The position numbers were made by a program, and so were the translations under genes. Below, one piece after another: positions 25,452 to 38,381 of a stretch of 64,000 bases of DNA. The notes under the pieces were generated by a model. It made no database searches. It was not told where the DNA came from and saw only the letters and a program-made list of their open reading frames with translations. Source of the stretch: Camelus dromedarius. Lineage: Eukaryota. Numbering within the stretch: the stretch's first letter is position 1; each line of letters starts with the position of its first letter. Where the stretch lies: the NCBI RefSeq assembly GCF_036321535.1, contig NC_087436.1, forward strand, positions 15,190,001 to 15,254,000, read 5' to 3'.

Positions 25452-28400
25452 ATGGCAATAAACACACATCTATCATTAATTACTGTAAATGTTAACGGAC
25501 TAAATGCTCCAGTCAAAAGACACAGAGTGGCAGACTGGATAATAAAGCAAGAACCTTCAATATGCTGCATACAAGAGACCCACTTTAGGGAGAAGGACAC
25601 ATATAAATTGAGAGTGAAAGGATGGAAAAGGATATTCCATGCAAATGGAAAAGCCAAAAAAGCAGGTGTTGCAGTACTGATTTCAGACAAAATAGACTTT
25701 AAAACAAAGGCCATAAAGAAAGATAAAGAAGGACATTTTATAATGATTAAAGGAGGGATACATGATGAGGATATTACACTCGTTAATATATATGCACCCA
25801 ATATAGGAGCACCTAAGTACATACAAGAATTACTAACAGAGATAAAGGGGGATATTGATGGGAATACAATCATAGTTGGAGATCTTAACACTGCATTAAC
25901 ATCACTAGACAGATCTTCCAGACAGAAAATAAACAAGGCAACAGAGAAATTAAATACTACAATAGAAAAACTAGATTTGGTGGATATTTTCAGAGCATTA
26001 CACCCCCCAAAAATAGGATATACATTCTTTTCAAGTGCACATGGAACATTTTCCAGGATCGATCATGTACTTGGGCACAAAAGAAACCTCAACAATTTTA
26101 AGAAGATAGAAATTATCTCAAGCATCTTTACTGACCACAATGCCATGAAACTGGAAATCAACAATAGAGAAACAAAGGAGAAAAAAAGGAAAGCATGGAG
26201 ATTAAACAATATGTTATTGAAAAAACAATGGATCAATGAGGAAATCAAAGCTGAAATTAAAAAATACCTTGAGACAAATGATAATGAAAGCACAACCACT
26301 CAAAACCTATGGGACACAGCAAAGGCAATGCTAAGAGGGAAGTTTATAGCGATACAGGCCTTCCTCAAAAAAGAAGAACAATCTCAAATAAACAACTTAA
26401 CCCACCACCTGAATGAATTAGAAAAAGAAGAACAAAAAGCCCCAAAAAGCAGCAGAAGGAAGGAAATAATAAAGATCAGAGAGGAATTAAATACAATAGA
26501 GATTAACAAGACCATAGAAAAAATCAACCAAACCAAAAGCTGGTTTTTTGAAAAAGTAAATAAAATCGACAAACCTCTGGCCAAACTCACAAAGAAGAAA
26601 AAAGAGAGAGCACAAGTTAGCAAAATAAGAAAGGAAAATGGAGAAATTACAACAAACAAAATAGAAATGCAGAATATCATACGAGAATATTATGAAAAAC
26701 TATATGGAACCAAACTGGATAACCTAGAGGAGATGGACAAGTTTCTGGAAACATACTGTCCACCAAAACTGAATCAAGAAGAATCTGAACACTTGAACAA
26801 TCCGATCACTAGAAAGGAAATAGAAATAGCAATTAAAAACCTCCCTACAAATAAAAGTCCAGGACCGGACGGCTTCACCGGGGAATTCTACCAAACATAC
26901 AAAGAAGAACTCATACCAGTCCTTCTCAAACTCTTCCAGACGATTGAAAAGGAGGGAATACTCCCAAACTCATTCTATGAAGCCACCATCACCCTGATAC
27001 CAAAACCAGGCAAAGACACTACAAAAAAAGAGAATTATAGGCCAATATCACTGATGAACATAGACGCCAAAATCCTCACCAAAATTTTAGCAAATAGAAT
27101 CCAACGACACATAAAAAAGATTATACATCATGACCAAGTGGGGTTCATCCCAGGGACACAAGGCTGGTTCAACATACGCAAATCAATCAGTGTGATACAT
27201 CACATCAACAAGAGAAAGGACAAAAACCACATGATCATCTCAATCGATGCAGAAAAAGCATTTGATAAAATTCAACACCCATTTATGATAAAAACTCTCG
27301 CCAAAGTGGGTATAGAGGGAACATATCTCAACATAATAAAAGCTATATATGACAAACCTACAGCCAGCATAGTACTCAACGGTGAAAAACTCAAAAGCTT
27401 CCCATTAAAATCTGGGACAAGACAAGGATGCCCACTATCACCACTCCTATTCAACATAGTCCTGGAAGTCCTAGCCATAGCAGTCAGGCAAGAGAAAGAA
27501 ATAAAAGGGATCCAAATTGGAAAAGAAGAGGTAAAAGTGTCATTATATGCTGATGACATGTTACTATATGTAGAAAACCCTAAAAGGTCCACACAAAAGC
27601 TACTAGAGCTGATTGAAGAATTCAGCAAGGTAGCAGGTTACAAAATTAACGTTCAAAAATCAGTTGCATTTCTTTACACTAACGATAAATCAACAGAAGA
27701 AGAAAGTAAAGAAACAATCCCCTTTAAAATAGCACCCAAAATAATAAAATATCTGGGAATAAATCTAACCAAGGAGGTGAAAGAATTATACACAGAAAAC
27801 TATAAACCATTGATGAAGGAAATTAAAGAAGACTTTAAAAAATGGAAAGATATTCCATGCTCTTGGATTGGAAGAATCAATATTGTTAAAATGCTCACAC
27901 TGCCCAAGGCAATCTACAGATTTAATGCAATCCCTATCCAATTACCCAGGACAGATTTCACAGAACTAGAACAAATCATAATAAAATTCATATGGAACCA
28001 TCAAAGACCTAGAATTGCCAAAGCATTACTGAAGAGAAAGAAAGAGGCTGGAGGAATAACTCTCCCAGACTTCAGACAATACTATAGAGCTACAGTCATC
28101 AAGACAGCATGGTATTGGTACCAAAACAGACATATAGACCAATGGAACAGAATAGAGAGCCCAGAAATGAACCCACAAACTTTTGGTCAACTCATCTTTG
28201 ACAAAGGAGGCAAGAATATACATTGGAATAAAGACAGTCTCTTCAGCAAATGGTGTTGGGAAAACTGGACAGCAGCATGGAAAACAATGAAGCTAGAACA
28301 CTCCCTTACACCATATACAAAAATCAACTCAAAATGGATTAAAGACTTAAACATAAGACAAGATACAATAAACCTCCTAGAGGAAAACATAGGCAAAACA

Positions 28401-29250
28401 TTATCTGACATACATCTCAAAAATTTTCTCCTAGAAGAAATAAAAGCAAGAATAAACAAATGGGACCTAATGAAACTTACAAGCTTCTGCACAGCAAAGG
28501 AAACCAGAAATAAAACAAGAAGAAAACCTATGGAATGGGAGAAAATTTTTGCAAGTGAAACCGACAAAGGCTTGATCTCCAGAATATATAAGCAGCTCAT
28601 GTGACTCAATAAGAAAAAAAATAAACAACCCAATCCAAAAATGGGCAGAAGACCTAAACAAGCAATTCTCCAAGGAAGACATACAAATGATCAAAAAGCA
28701 CATGAAAAAATGCTCCATATCACTAATTATCAGAGAAATGCAAATCAAAACTACAATGAGGTACCACCTCACACCAGTCAGAATGGCCGTCATTCAAAAA
28801 TCCACAAATGACAAATGCTGGAGAGGCTGTGGAGAAAGGGGAACCCTCCTACACTGCTGGTGGGAATGCAGTTTGGTGCAGCCACTATGGAAAACAGTAT
28901 GGAGATTCCTCAAAAGACTAGGAATAGACTTACCATATGACCCAGGAATCCCACTCCTGGGCTTGTATCCAGAAGGAAATCTACTTCAGGATGACACCTG
29001 CACCCCAATGTTCATAGCAGCACTATTTACAATAGCCAAAACATGGAAACAGCCTAAATGTCCATCAACAGGTGACTGGATAAAGAAGAGGTGGTATATT
29101 TATACAATGGAATACTACTCAGCCATAAAAACCGACAACATAATGCCATTTGCAGCAACATGGATGCTCCTGGAGAATGTCATTCTAAGTGAAGTAAGCC
29201 AGAAAGAGAAAGAAAAATACCATATGAGATCGCTCATACGTGGAATCTAA
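25452..29250 (+). pseudogene. L1 ORF2p (APE endonuclease, reverse transcriptase, C-terminal CCHC domain), disrupted near C-terminus
   Basis: 1050-aa open frame with EN motifs (NVNGLN, IQETH, GDLN, RIDH, DHN) and RT motifs ([30 protein letters not shown]). TGA at 28602-28604 and +1 shift in the A run at 28614-28621. The C-terminus continues in ORF 28687-29250 with [18 protein letters not shown] (CX3CX7HX4C). Confidence 0.96.
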
Positions 29251-32200
29251 AAAACAAAAACAAAAACAAACAAACAAACAAAAACAAAGCGTAAATACAG
29301 GACAGAAATAGACTCACAGACAGAGAATACAGACTTGTGGTTACCAGGGGGGTGGAGGGTGGGAAGGGATAGACTGGGATTTCAAAATTGTAGAATAGAC
29401 TACACTGTATAGCACAGGGAAATACACACAAAATGTTATGATAACTCACAGAGAAAAAAATGTGACAATGAGTGTGTATATGTCCATGAATAACTGAAAA
29501 ATTGTGCTGAACACTGGAATTTGACACAACATTGTAAAATGATTATAAATCAATAAAAAATGTTAAAAAAAAAAAAGAGTATGTGATTTAAAAGTATCGG
29601 AAGAAAGGTGGTTATTTCTGCCTCCATCTTGATTAGCAAAGATTGAATGCCTAGGTCTTACTTGGTTTTTGCTCTCAAGAAACAACGTTTGGGTGGTGTT
29701 CTCCTAAGAATTCCTCTGGAGAGGAGCAGACATTAGCCATGGTAACCAGAGCCAGAACAGGACAGCAGATACATGACTCCTGTAACAGCAACTAATTGAT
29801 TTTCTGTAATTTGGCCCGTCTTGCCACATGACACTGCAAGACCTCTTCCAAGCTTGTTGTTTCTTGACAATTGAAAATAAACAACAGCATTTTTCAAAAG
29901 AAGAAAGAGTTGACCCAACGTTTGATTCAATGGTGCCACAGAAATCCAACAAAAAACACATTTTTCAGCTTTATTTTTCAACTCTGTGGACAATAACTAT
30001 TGACTTCACAGTGAGAAGCACAGTTCGTGGGACTCACTACACAACAGAACCAACGCAAAAGGACACCATCACTTGGTAATAAGTGGCACCTTAGATCTCC
30101 GTTGGGCAAAAGGAAGAGTAGGGCAGAGGGAAGTCTAGCTGGCGTTTCTAGAAAGAGATAATGAACAATGTAGGCAACTAGCAAAGTAGCCTTGGTCTTC
30201 CTTGGGGAAGTGAGCTACCATTCCTGTTCCCAGACTTGCTATGAGGAAGGCTGTCACATAGCTGCTGATGTCCTCTGGTCACAGATCCCAGGAGAAAGTC
30301 CCCGGGCAGCTGAAATGGTCACTGGTCTAGAGAACTAAGCAAGGTGAATAATTTTCTCCCCTAAACTCCAGATTCCTCATTTTTGACATCTGCTATGGAC
30401 ACTAAATTCTGAGACTATACAATGTCAAACTGACCCTCATAAACTGTGAGAACATCTCATGAGACTCTGTGAGTTTCAGGGTGGCGAGTGGGAGGTAATG
30501 CGTTTATTTAATAAATCTATATAAAATTTGAGGAGTCATGGGCTCTGAATCACTGCAAAATGTTTCCCAGAGATCCTTTACCAATGTACCAGGGCAGCCA
30601 AAATAAAGCTAATGGCTTCAGAGAATGAATACAGATCGAATATGAGGCTAGATGAGTCCTTGCTGTTTGCCAGTGTGGCACTTCTATATAATCTTACTCT
30701 CTCTTGTCTTTTGAAAAACACAATAGCCAGTCCCATTATTAGCATCATTTCTTTTCATTTTTACTATATGTAAAAGGGGAGAAAATGCCTTTTTAGCAGC
30801 AAAGCTGGTCTAAGTGTAGAATCAACAACAACTTGAAATTACTGTTGAGTCAAGGTATCAAATCTGATTCGTGAATTCGAATCTAGAGTCAGACTCCGAG
30901 GAGATATGAATAATGTCTGTGCTGGTCTTTTCCTCCCTAATCAGTATTCACGGATCACTGGGAATGTTTTTCTGTCTCTCTCTTTGCATTTATCTCAGGA
31001 GTTATATCATTTGATTGCTAATGTGTTTGGATTGAGCCGCTTGGTTTTAATTCAATCTGGCCCCTCTTGATGGAGCACTAAATTTCCTCTCAATGGCCAT
31101 ACGTTAAACTGTGGGGAGCCCTGAAGGCTCTGCCACCGAGATTTCAGCCTTTATTACTTTGTGCAGCCCATCCATTCTTGGTTCAAGGGCAGCCTAGATA
31201 CAGAGATCCAGTTCAGATAGTCGCAGGTAATGACACTGATTATCTGCCAGGATGTGCAAGATAAGCCTATCTGCTCTCTTCTGTACCACCCTGGTGGACT
31301 CTGATACACCTTCCCTTCAGTCCTCAAGTGGGAGTTCATCCACAGAGGGAAAGGTGTCATCGGAGCTCACGTATCTTGGTGGCATAGTTCTTTAACGTCA
31401 TACTTGTACTTCTCATAATCTTTAGACGTAAAATCAAGAGAACCCTCTGATATACAAAAACATTATCTGTTTTGAAACCTAAAAGCTCTTAATCATTATC
31501 TGTGCATCATCCTGAAATAAGATACTGCTTAGTTGTGTGTGTGTGTGTGTGCACAAGATCTGTCACTTTGAAGGCCAAATACCCAATCCTAAAGCACAAA
31601 AGGGAGAGCTTCTTAGTGCACAGCAGGGATCTGGCCACACAGCTTACAGGCACGCATTGTTCAACATGGTCTACTGCCCATTACTTGCAACTCAGAAGTA
31701 TAGTCTTTGAAGTAAGCTGAGTCATGGGGATGTGGAGAGGTGGGGCTTCTCTCTTACACATCATTCCTGATTGCTTCCAGGATTAGTCCGATTTTCAGCA
31801 AAGAAAAGGCCTGGGAAAACAGAAGCCATCCCGAGACCATACAGAAGAAGGAAGGGCATGGCCTCGTCTTCCCCAGCCGGCACTTCATCTCTACAAAGAC
31901 ATTGACAGGGTGCTCTATTTCCCTGCTTTAGAAGGAATAAAAAGCTATAGATTTCTCTGCCTCAAAGCAATCTTCTAGAAAAAGCAATTGTTCCCTCCAC
32001 ATCAGTATTTTATCAGTATCGAGACTTGATGGTAAAATAAAAGGAAATGAATCCTGTTCTCCTGATTGCCCAGCATGCACCTGTTCCCAGTCTTTCTTCT
32101 TCCCCAATGACACTCGACTGGGGTCTTACACTGTGGTTTTTCTAAAAAGGAACTTTATGTTTTCAGAATGCTTTTTCAAAAACAGGGCTTCCTCTAGTGC

Positions 32201-34735
32201 CAAGGTTCTTCCTACATGAAAATGCTGCTGTCTATTTTTGTCATATGCACATCATCTTCAGTGGACCTTTTTCCTTTTTTAGGTATTGACTTTCCTCCCT
32301 CCCCACAGGGTATAACATTCAAGGCAGCAGGCCGGGCGCTACAGCCATGGAACTGATAGAAACTATCAGTCACACAGAGGAACTAAACTCACAGCTGTGT
32401 TAAGAAATACTCAGATAACCAGCCTATTCAGCTCTAAGGAGCATTTTCTTTATTAGTCTGCTAAATGTCTTTAAAACACTGCCTTTGTTTCTACAAAACA
32501 AAAGTAGTTAATCAAAGACTAGGTAGGTTAGTTAACATAATTTTAAGATTCAAAATTGCATATAAATCAATGTTGAGATACATTGCCACGACACATTATC
32601 AAAATGAAGAGTGGATACTATCTCCTTTTAATTTTACTTGAAATTTCAATGTTTAAAATAGTTTACTTTATTTAAAAAAATGGAAACTTAGAGCCATTTG
32701 TGTCATTCCCTCATATTGTACCCATGATACTGAAGAAGTTATAAACCCTAGAATACCATGTTTTCTCAACATTGCCTCCAACTCAAACTAGGGAAAAGGA
32801 TGAGAAAGAAAGTGATTATGGTTAAATACAACTCAGATGTGGGGTGGGGTGGGGAAATGATTTGTGTTCAGAAATCGACATGTTTATATAGATACCTAGG
32901 GATTCTGAGTCAAACACTGAGGTAAGCCAGTCTGTTCCAACTCTGACATTCAAAGATTCTCTGAAGAATACTAAACAAAACCAAGCATGTTATTTTAGAT
33001 ACACTTCCTAACTACTGCCATTTAGAAGTAACAACTCAAAACTCTGTTCTGGCTTACATATCTTTTTTAAAACCTGTTCTAACTTTATTTGTACTGTGTC
33101 AATTATGTGAAGAAAATAAGAGCTGAGAAACTCTCCCTAAGAAAATGTTTTTGCTAGAAACCCTGACCTACAACCTTCTGAGCTTCTTGAAAGTGAAAAT
33201 CTCTGTGTCTTCCAGGTGACAGCTACGTTTTCGGTGGAACCAAAATAGCTCTCTTAGCTAGAGAGCTGTCAGTAAGAGCTCTGACAGACAGTGAATTTGG
33301 CATGTGGGAGGGTGGCAGGAGAAACGGTTTCATGGTAGAAGGTTTGGTGGGAGCCTCTGACTAGCTAAGGAGGAAGGCAGGAGGGAAAACAACTCACTCC
33401 TAGACACCAGACCCAGCACGAGGAAGCCAATGGGCATTTCCAGAAATGATAACCTTGTGGGAGGAGAAAGCCATGAGCTCTTGTGGGATTTTGAAAGGAC
33501 TACGTAATACACATCCAACTGGAAGGTTTCCATTTGTGAAAGAAAGCAAATACACCTACATGTATTGGATTTTCTCTCCCTCTACTGGTGGGGTGGGATA
33601 TGCTATCACGGCATAATACTGCTTCATAAGCAAAGATGAGTTTCCATTATAGTACATTTTGCCCATGAAATGAGGATTTTCATTAGGTATGTTGCTCTCT
33701 CACAGTGGCTTTCAAAACATCCCTAGCCACATTGGGGAGTAAGTTGCCTCCTAAGTAGGCTGACCAGTAGTGGTAAGGTAGCAAGGATCTCCCTCTCCTT
33801 TTGGCTAAAGGATGCCCATGCTCACTTCCAAGATATAGGATTCTCCTGTCCTCTGTAGTCCCATCAAAGGTGGAACCACGTTGTGATCGGAGGCAATTCC
33901 CCTGACCCACAGGCTGGACTAGGTAAACCTGAGGCGCCAAATAAGAAAGAGAAAGCCAGCTTACCTAGAGTAAAGGTGGGAAAGACAGAAACTCAGGGGA
34001 GAGATACTAACAAAGGATCTAAAGAGTGATCTGAACCTGATAGAAAGGGCAATGGTTCGAGATACATTTTGGAACAAATCTCCATTTCTGCTTTGCCATC
34101 GCTGTCATTTCTCTCATTTTCATTTTGGGTCATGGGAAAATACTTTTGACATAGCAATTTGGATCAGTGATCATGGACGAAAAAAGGAGATAGAAAAAGT
34201 AGATAATGACAATTTTAAGGAAAGTAAAATTGCCTACATGGAAGGATTAAATTGCATAATATTAAAACTGCACAAGAGTATTAATGGAAATAGACAATAG
34301 TTACAGATGTCTAATCAACAGGTTCTTGATCAATAACTGCAAATCTATCAGTGTGAAGTATGCAGAGTATGCAGCTTTCCCCCTGCTCCATACTCAGAAT
34401 TAGGCATCAATGATACTTCTTTGACTTCTCCTCTTGTATGTCTCCAAGGCAACTAAAGTCATATTTTCCTGCAAACCAACTTCTTTTCTAATTTCCTTAT
34501 CTCAGTGAATAACTTCATCAGTCATTCAGTTGTAGGAGCCAGAAATTCAGGAGTTACTTGACCCCACCTAGTCTTCCACCACCTATCCAATCCATCACCA
34601 AGTCCCTGTCTTACCTCCCAAATCTATTTCACAGAGGTCAATTTCTCTCTGCCTCCTACACAGCATTACCTTTCTCCTACACAATGACTGCTCCAAAGGG
34701 CATCCACTCCATCCCTTGTCAAATGCATTCTTCAC

Positions 34736-34833
34736 TGAACAAATATTTTTGAGGGGACTACTTCGTACTCTGGTAATACTGCATTGAACAAATATTTTTG
34801 AGGGGACTACTTTGTACTCTGGTAATACTGCAT
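34736..34833. repeat. 49-bp direct tandem duplication
   Basis: TGAACAAATATTTTTGAGGGGACTACTT(C/T)GTACTCTGGTAATACTGCAT twice (34736-34784, 34785-34833), one mismatch. Confidence 0.95.
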
Positions 34834-35234
34834 TGAATAGGGCAGACAAATTCCCCCTTCTCAAGGAGCTTGTGGAGACAGAAGGTAAGTATCAGATAGT
34901 CAGAAGCACTATGTGGAGTATTAAAATAGGGCAGTATTATAAAGAATGGTTGAATAGCTATTCTAAATTGTGTTCAAATGCAAGAAATCGGTGGGAGTTT
35001 TCAAGAAGGGGATGAGTTTTGAAGCAGGAAAACAAAAAAAAGTCCCCTGGGATGACTGTACCTGCTATCAAGGCTTCCTCCTGTATGTACAAAGTGTTTC
35101 AAATACTGGCCAAGAACAAAAATAGTAAGTTAAAACATACCTGAAGGTTCAGTCTAGGTTGTTTGTCTCCAAGCACCTCTGCTGAAAAATAGCTCTTTTT
35201 ACCTATATGGAAATATCCTATGTTTTGTTAAATT

Positions 35235-35380
35235 TTCTGTGTCTCGTCTGCCAGGAACGTAAGCTCTATGAGCACAGCGGCCGTAACTGTCTTGCTCACT
35301 GATGAATCCTCAGTTTTTAAGAGCAGTGTCTGGCACACAGCAGGCACGCAAGTAAGTATTTGCTGCATTAATGCACAAAT
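35235..35380 (+). mobile_element. L2 3' end relic directly upstream of the GATB promoter
   Basis: GTAAGCTCTATGAG...CTGTCTTGCTCACTG...AGCAGTGTCTGGCACACAGCAGGCACGCAAGTAAGTATTTGCTG. Confidence 0.7.
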
Positions 35381-35419
35381 TGGTGTGTGAAGTGGAAGTA
35401 TACAGAAAAAAAAAAACTG

Positions 35420-36070
35420 CGTGAGTTTGGGATTCAGGAAATCGACGCGGAGATGTCAAGGTCATTTACGTCAGCTTGAAAAGTTAAGTAGGGTATAAAA
35501 TCCTGGCCAGGTTTCTCAGCTCCCGATCTTCGGTACCACTTGGTCTCACTCGAACTCTACACACGTGCTCACAGCTACAATCCTCTCCAGCTCCCCGCTA
35601 GGAGGAGTCACACCTTCCGACCCAGAAACCCTCCCACACTCTCTCCCATTTGTCCCTCCCTCCCTCGCCGTCCGGGTTCCGGCAGCCTGCAAGTCGCAGT
35701 GCTCCCCGGGAATAGTAGTCTTCCGGTAGGAGCCTAGCACGTTTTATCCATTTCCTGAACTACGCTTCCCAGAGAGCCTCGCGGCAGAGGGAAGCTGTGT
35801 CACCTGACCAGGAGTGTGGCGGGGCAATGGCGGCGCCCGTGCTGCGTTGGTTGTGTCCTGGAAGGTGTTGGGCTTTCGCCCGGATTGGCGGCTGTTCTTG
35901 CCACGGAAGAGGGGTTCCGACTGCATCCACGTCCAGCGGGAAAAGGGGACAGAGCTCAGTGGCTCGGCAGTCCCTCATCACGGCCCAGGAGCCGAGGAAA
36001 GGGTATACTGTTTCGTACCATTATTAACCACTTAAATGTGAGATGGAACCGCGGGACTGGGGAGATGATA
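35420..36070 (+). promoter_or_regulatory. CpG-rich GATB promoter / first exon
   Basis: Local CpG/GC enrichment around the ATG. ZNF143/SBS-like motifs at 35695-35720 (minus: GACTACTATTCCCGGGGAGCACTGCG) and 35758-35783 (plus: AACTACGCTTCCCAGAGAGCCTCGCG). ETS/GABP-type CTTCCGG at 35720-35726 and E-box CACGTG near 35562. Confidence 0.8.
35827..36002 (+). CDS. GATB: GATB coding exon 1 (mitochondrial presequence region of Glu-tRNA(Gln) amidotransferase subunit B)
   Basis: ATG at 35827 in good Kozak context (GCAATGG). Translates [59 protein letters not shown], matching the recalled N-terminus of mammalian GATB/PET112 ([29 protein letters not shown]...). GT donor at 36003 after 176 nt (phase 2) joins in frame to exon 2. 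Confidence 0.93.
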
Positions 36071-37897
36071 GCCACTACAGCCCAACCCACAGTCTAGACG
36101 ATTTGATGGGTGGGAAGGTGTTGGGCTATAACTTGCAATCCTGAAACCTAAATGAAAGCACGGAACTGGCCCTCTGTCAGCCCCGCCCCCATACATAAAC
36201 TACTCTCTTCAGGTAGATAGGCATATTTGGGAAATTCGCGAATGTAAAATAGATGTTTTCTTGAATCAAAAGCAGCACAGATAGAAAAGTAGATTCAGTC
36301 ACCTTACTAGTAGCACCAGTAGCGGGGTCGGTGAATCAGGGTCTTATTTAGCTGACATTTATTTAGCGCTACCATGGGCCATCAGTGTTTTAAAGGTAAA
36401 AAGGGAGCCTTACCAACAAGCTTTGGATGGTGATTGCTTAATATTACTAGTCAGAAAACACCATCTGTCTGTGGAAGCGATTCATTTTGAACATGTGTCT
36501 AAACTAGGAGGATGCAGCCATTACAAGAGATGTTCCGTGTGTTTATGTAGACAGTTTTGCTTATTTTGCTCAGTAGCCTCTGAACAGCTGTTTATTTTTC
36601 ACTGTATAAGACCTAGTTTCTTTTCTTTTTTATGTTTTTCTTTTTAAGCACAGAAACATAAGGCACGTGTCTAATTCAGTTTTTCCTTTGAGATAGTGAG
36701 GTTGCCATTATTTTTACTTTTCTGTTGGAGGAACAGAGGGAAAATGCCCAGAAACATTGTTTCTATTCCTTTCACAAATTTAATTATCTCACTGTGAGTG
36801 GAAAGTCTTCTCTCATGTAATTAAACTGCAGAAGTACATTGAATAAGGTTTTAGTGAATGCAGAATTTCTGATGAGTTCTTAGTGTAATTCCTCTCAATT
36901 ACAGGTTGTGCTCCCAAACTTTAAAAAGGAAGAACCCATCAATACTGTATAGAACTTCATGTGTTGACATGATTGAAACAAAGCCAAATACATGTAAACA
37001 AAAATTTGGATAATATAGAAAATTTTTTGGGGGAAGAGCAGGTAGGGACAGACAGTATGCAGAGTATGTGTACACCAGACCATCTACAGATTGCCCAGGA
37101 TACGTGGGTTTCAGAAGGAATAAGCACACTTACAGGAACCTGGAGAGACCCATGTATGGAATGTTCATACAGACTCAACAGAGTAGGAGTGGCCAGATAA
37201 GAGATTATTGTAGCATTTAAGCTGCATTATTGCAGCGTCTTAGGATTGATAGCTGTCAAGTGTAAAACAAGCAAAGGAACCTGACACTAGATCTCAGGAA
37301 TTGAAAGTGATTTGGGGAACCAAAGGGGGAGAAAAAAAAAAAACCACATGTCATGGCCTAATGTTTTCCTTTGCACAAAATTCTCAGAGTATCATTTAGT
37401 GGTGATCTATTACATCTGTGTCACTCTGGTTACTTCACTTGCAAACCGTTGTTAGGAAATGAATTCAAAACACGACTGAGAATTACCCTTTTTTAGATAA
37501 TGAGATGTGCGACTATTTATTTACCATTATTTCTGAAGTAGTAAAGTCTTGATGTTTATGTTAGTTCTAAAAAGGTTCACAGGATTGGCTTTCTTCATTT
37601 ACTGAGTGATTAATTGATAAAGGACAGTTAATTTAGAAAATGCTGCTTCTCATTAAAGTCAGCCAAGCAGTCGCCACCTGATACCCATTTCTAAATAGTT
37701 TTATGATGCCAAATTGTTCCTTTCTGTCACCTTCTTGTTTGTACACTGAACTCGCCTCATGCCATGTTGTAGATGAATTTTGTTTTGCCAGTCTTGTAGG
37801 TGTTCATTATGAACTGCTTTTGATTTAGTCAGCAAAACAATAGGACTTTTTTTAAAATGTAAGGATATAAAATTTCAATAAGTTAAAAACACTAATG

Positions 37898-38050
37898 AGG
37901 GGAAGCTCTCTATAGCTCAAGCAGTAGAGAGCATGCTTCGCATGCATGAGGTTCTGGGTTCAATCCCCAGTACTTCCTCTAAGAATAAATAAAGAAGTAA
38001 ACCTAATTACCTCCCCCTACCAAAAAATAATAATGATAAATCATTAAAAA
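37898..38050 (+). mobile_element. tRNA-derived SINE (Vic-1-like) in GATB intron 1
   Basis: TAGCTCAAGCAGTAGAG (A box) ... GGTTCAATCCC (B box), followed by AAACCTAATTACCTCCCC and an A-tail. Degenerate TSD AAAAACACTAATG / AAAACCACTAGTG. Confidence 0.88.
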
Positions 38051-38120
38051 AAAAACCACTAGTGGGAAATTAACATTTGTGGTTTAGGCTCAGAGAAATT
38101 CCTGCATGCTGGCAGATTAA

Positions 38121-38381
<261 letters not shown>

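Larger units (their letters stand above)
22466..29574 (+). mobile_element. Full-length young LINE-1 (~7.1 kb)
   Basis: Perfect 17-bp TSD AAGAGTATGTGATTTAA at 22449-22465 and 29575-29591. CpG-rich 5'UTR with YY1-like AAGATGG at 22478, then ORF1, a ~405-bp spacer, ORF2, a G-rich 3'UTR tract, AATAAA and an A-tail. Confidence 0.98.

Noticed and set aside
25328..28793. Long hydrophobic minus-strand ORFs (e.g. 25328-25936, 27272-27628, 28187-28633)
   Set aside because: Antisense shadows of the A-rich L1 ORF2, a common artefact.
34736..34833. CRISPR-like array
   Set aside because: Two contiguous copies with no spacers in mammalian DNA; a simple tandem duplication.
35797..35826. In-frame upstream GTG giving an N-terminal extension of GATB
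   Set aside because: Artefact of the ORF caller allowing GTG starts. The ATG at 35827 has strong context and matches the known N-terminus.
36003..36012. GATB intron 1 donor GTATAC as a possible U12-type intron
   Set aside because: Reads GTATACTGT rather than GTATCCTT. There is no TCCTTAAC branch site near the acceptor, which has an ordinary polypyrimidine tract.
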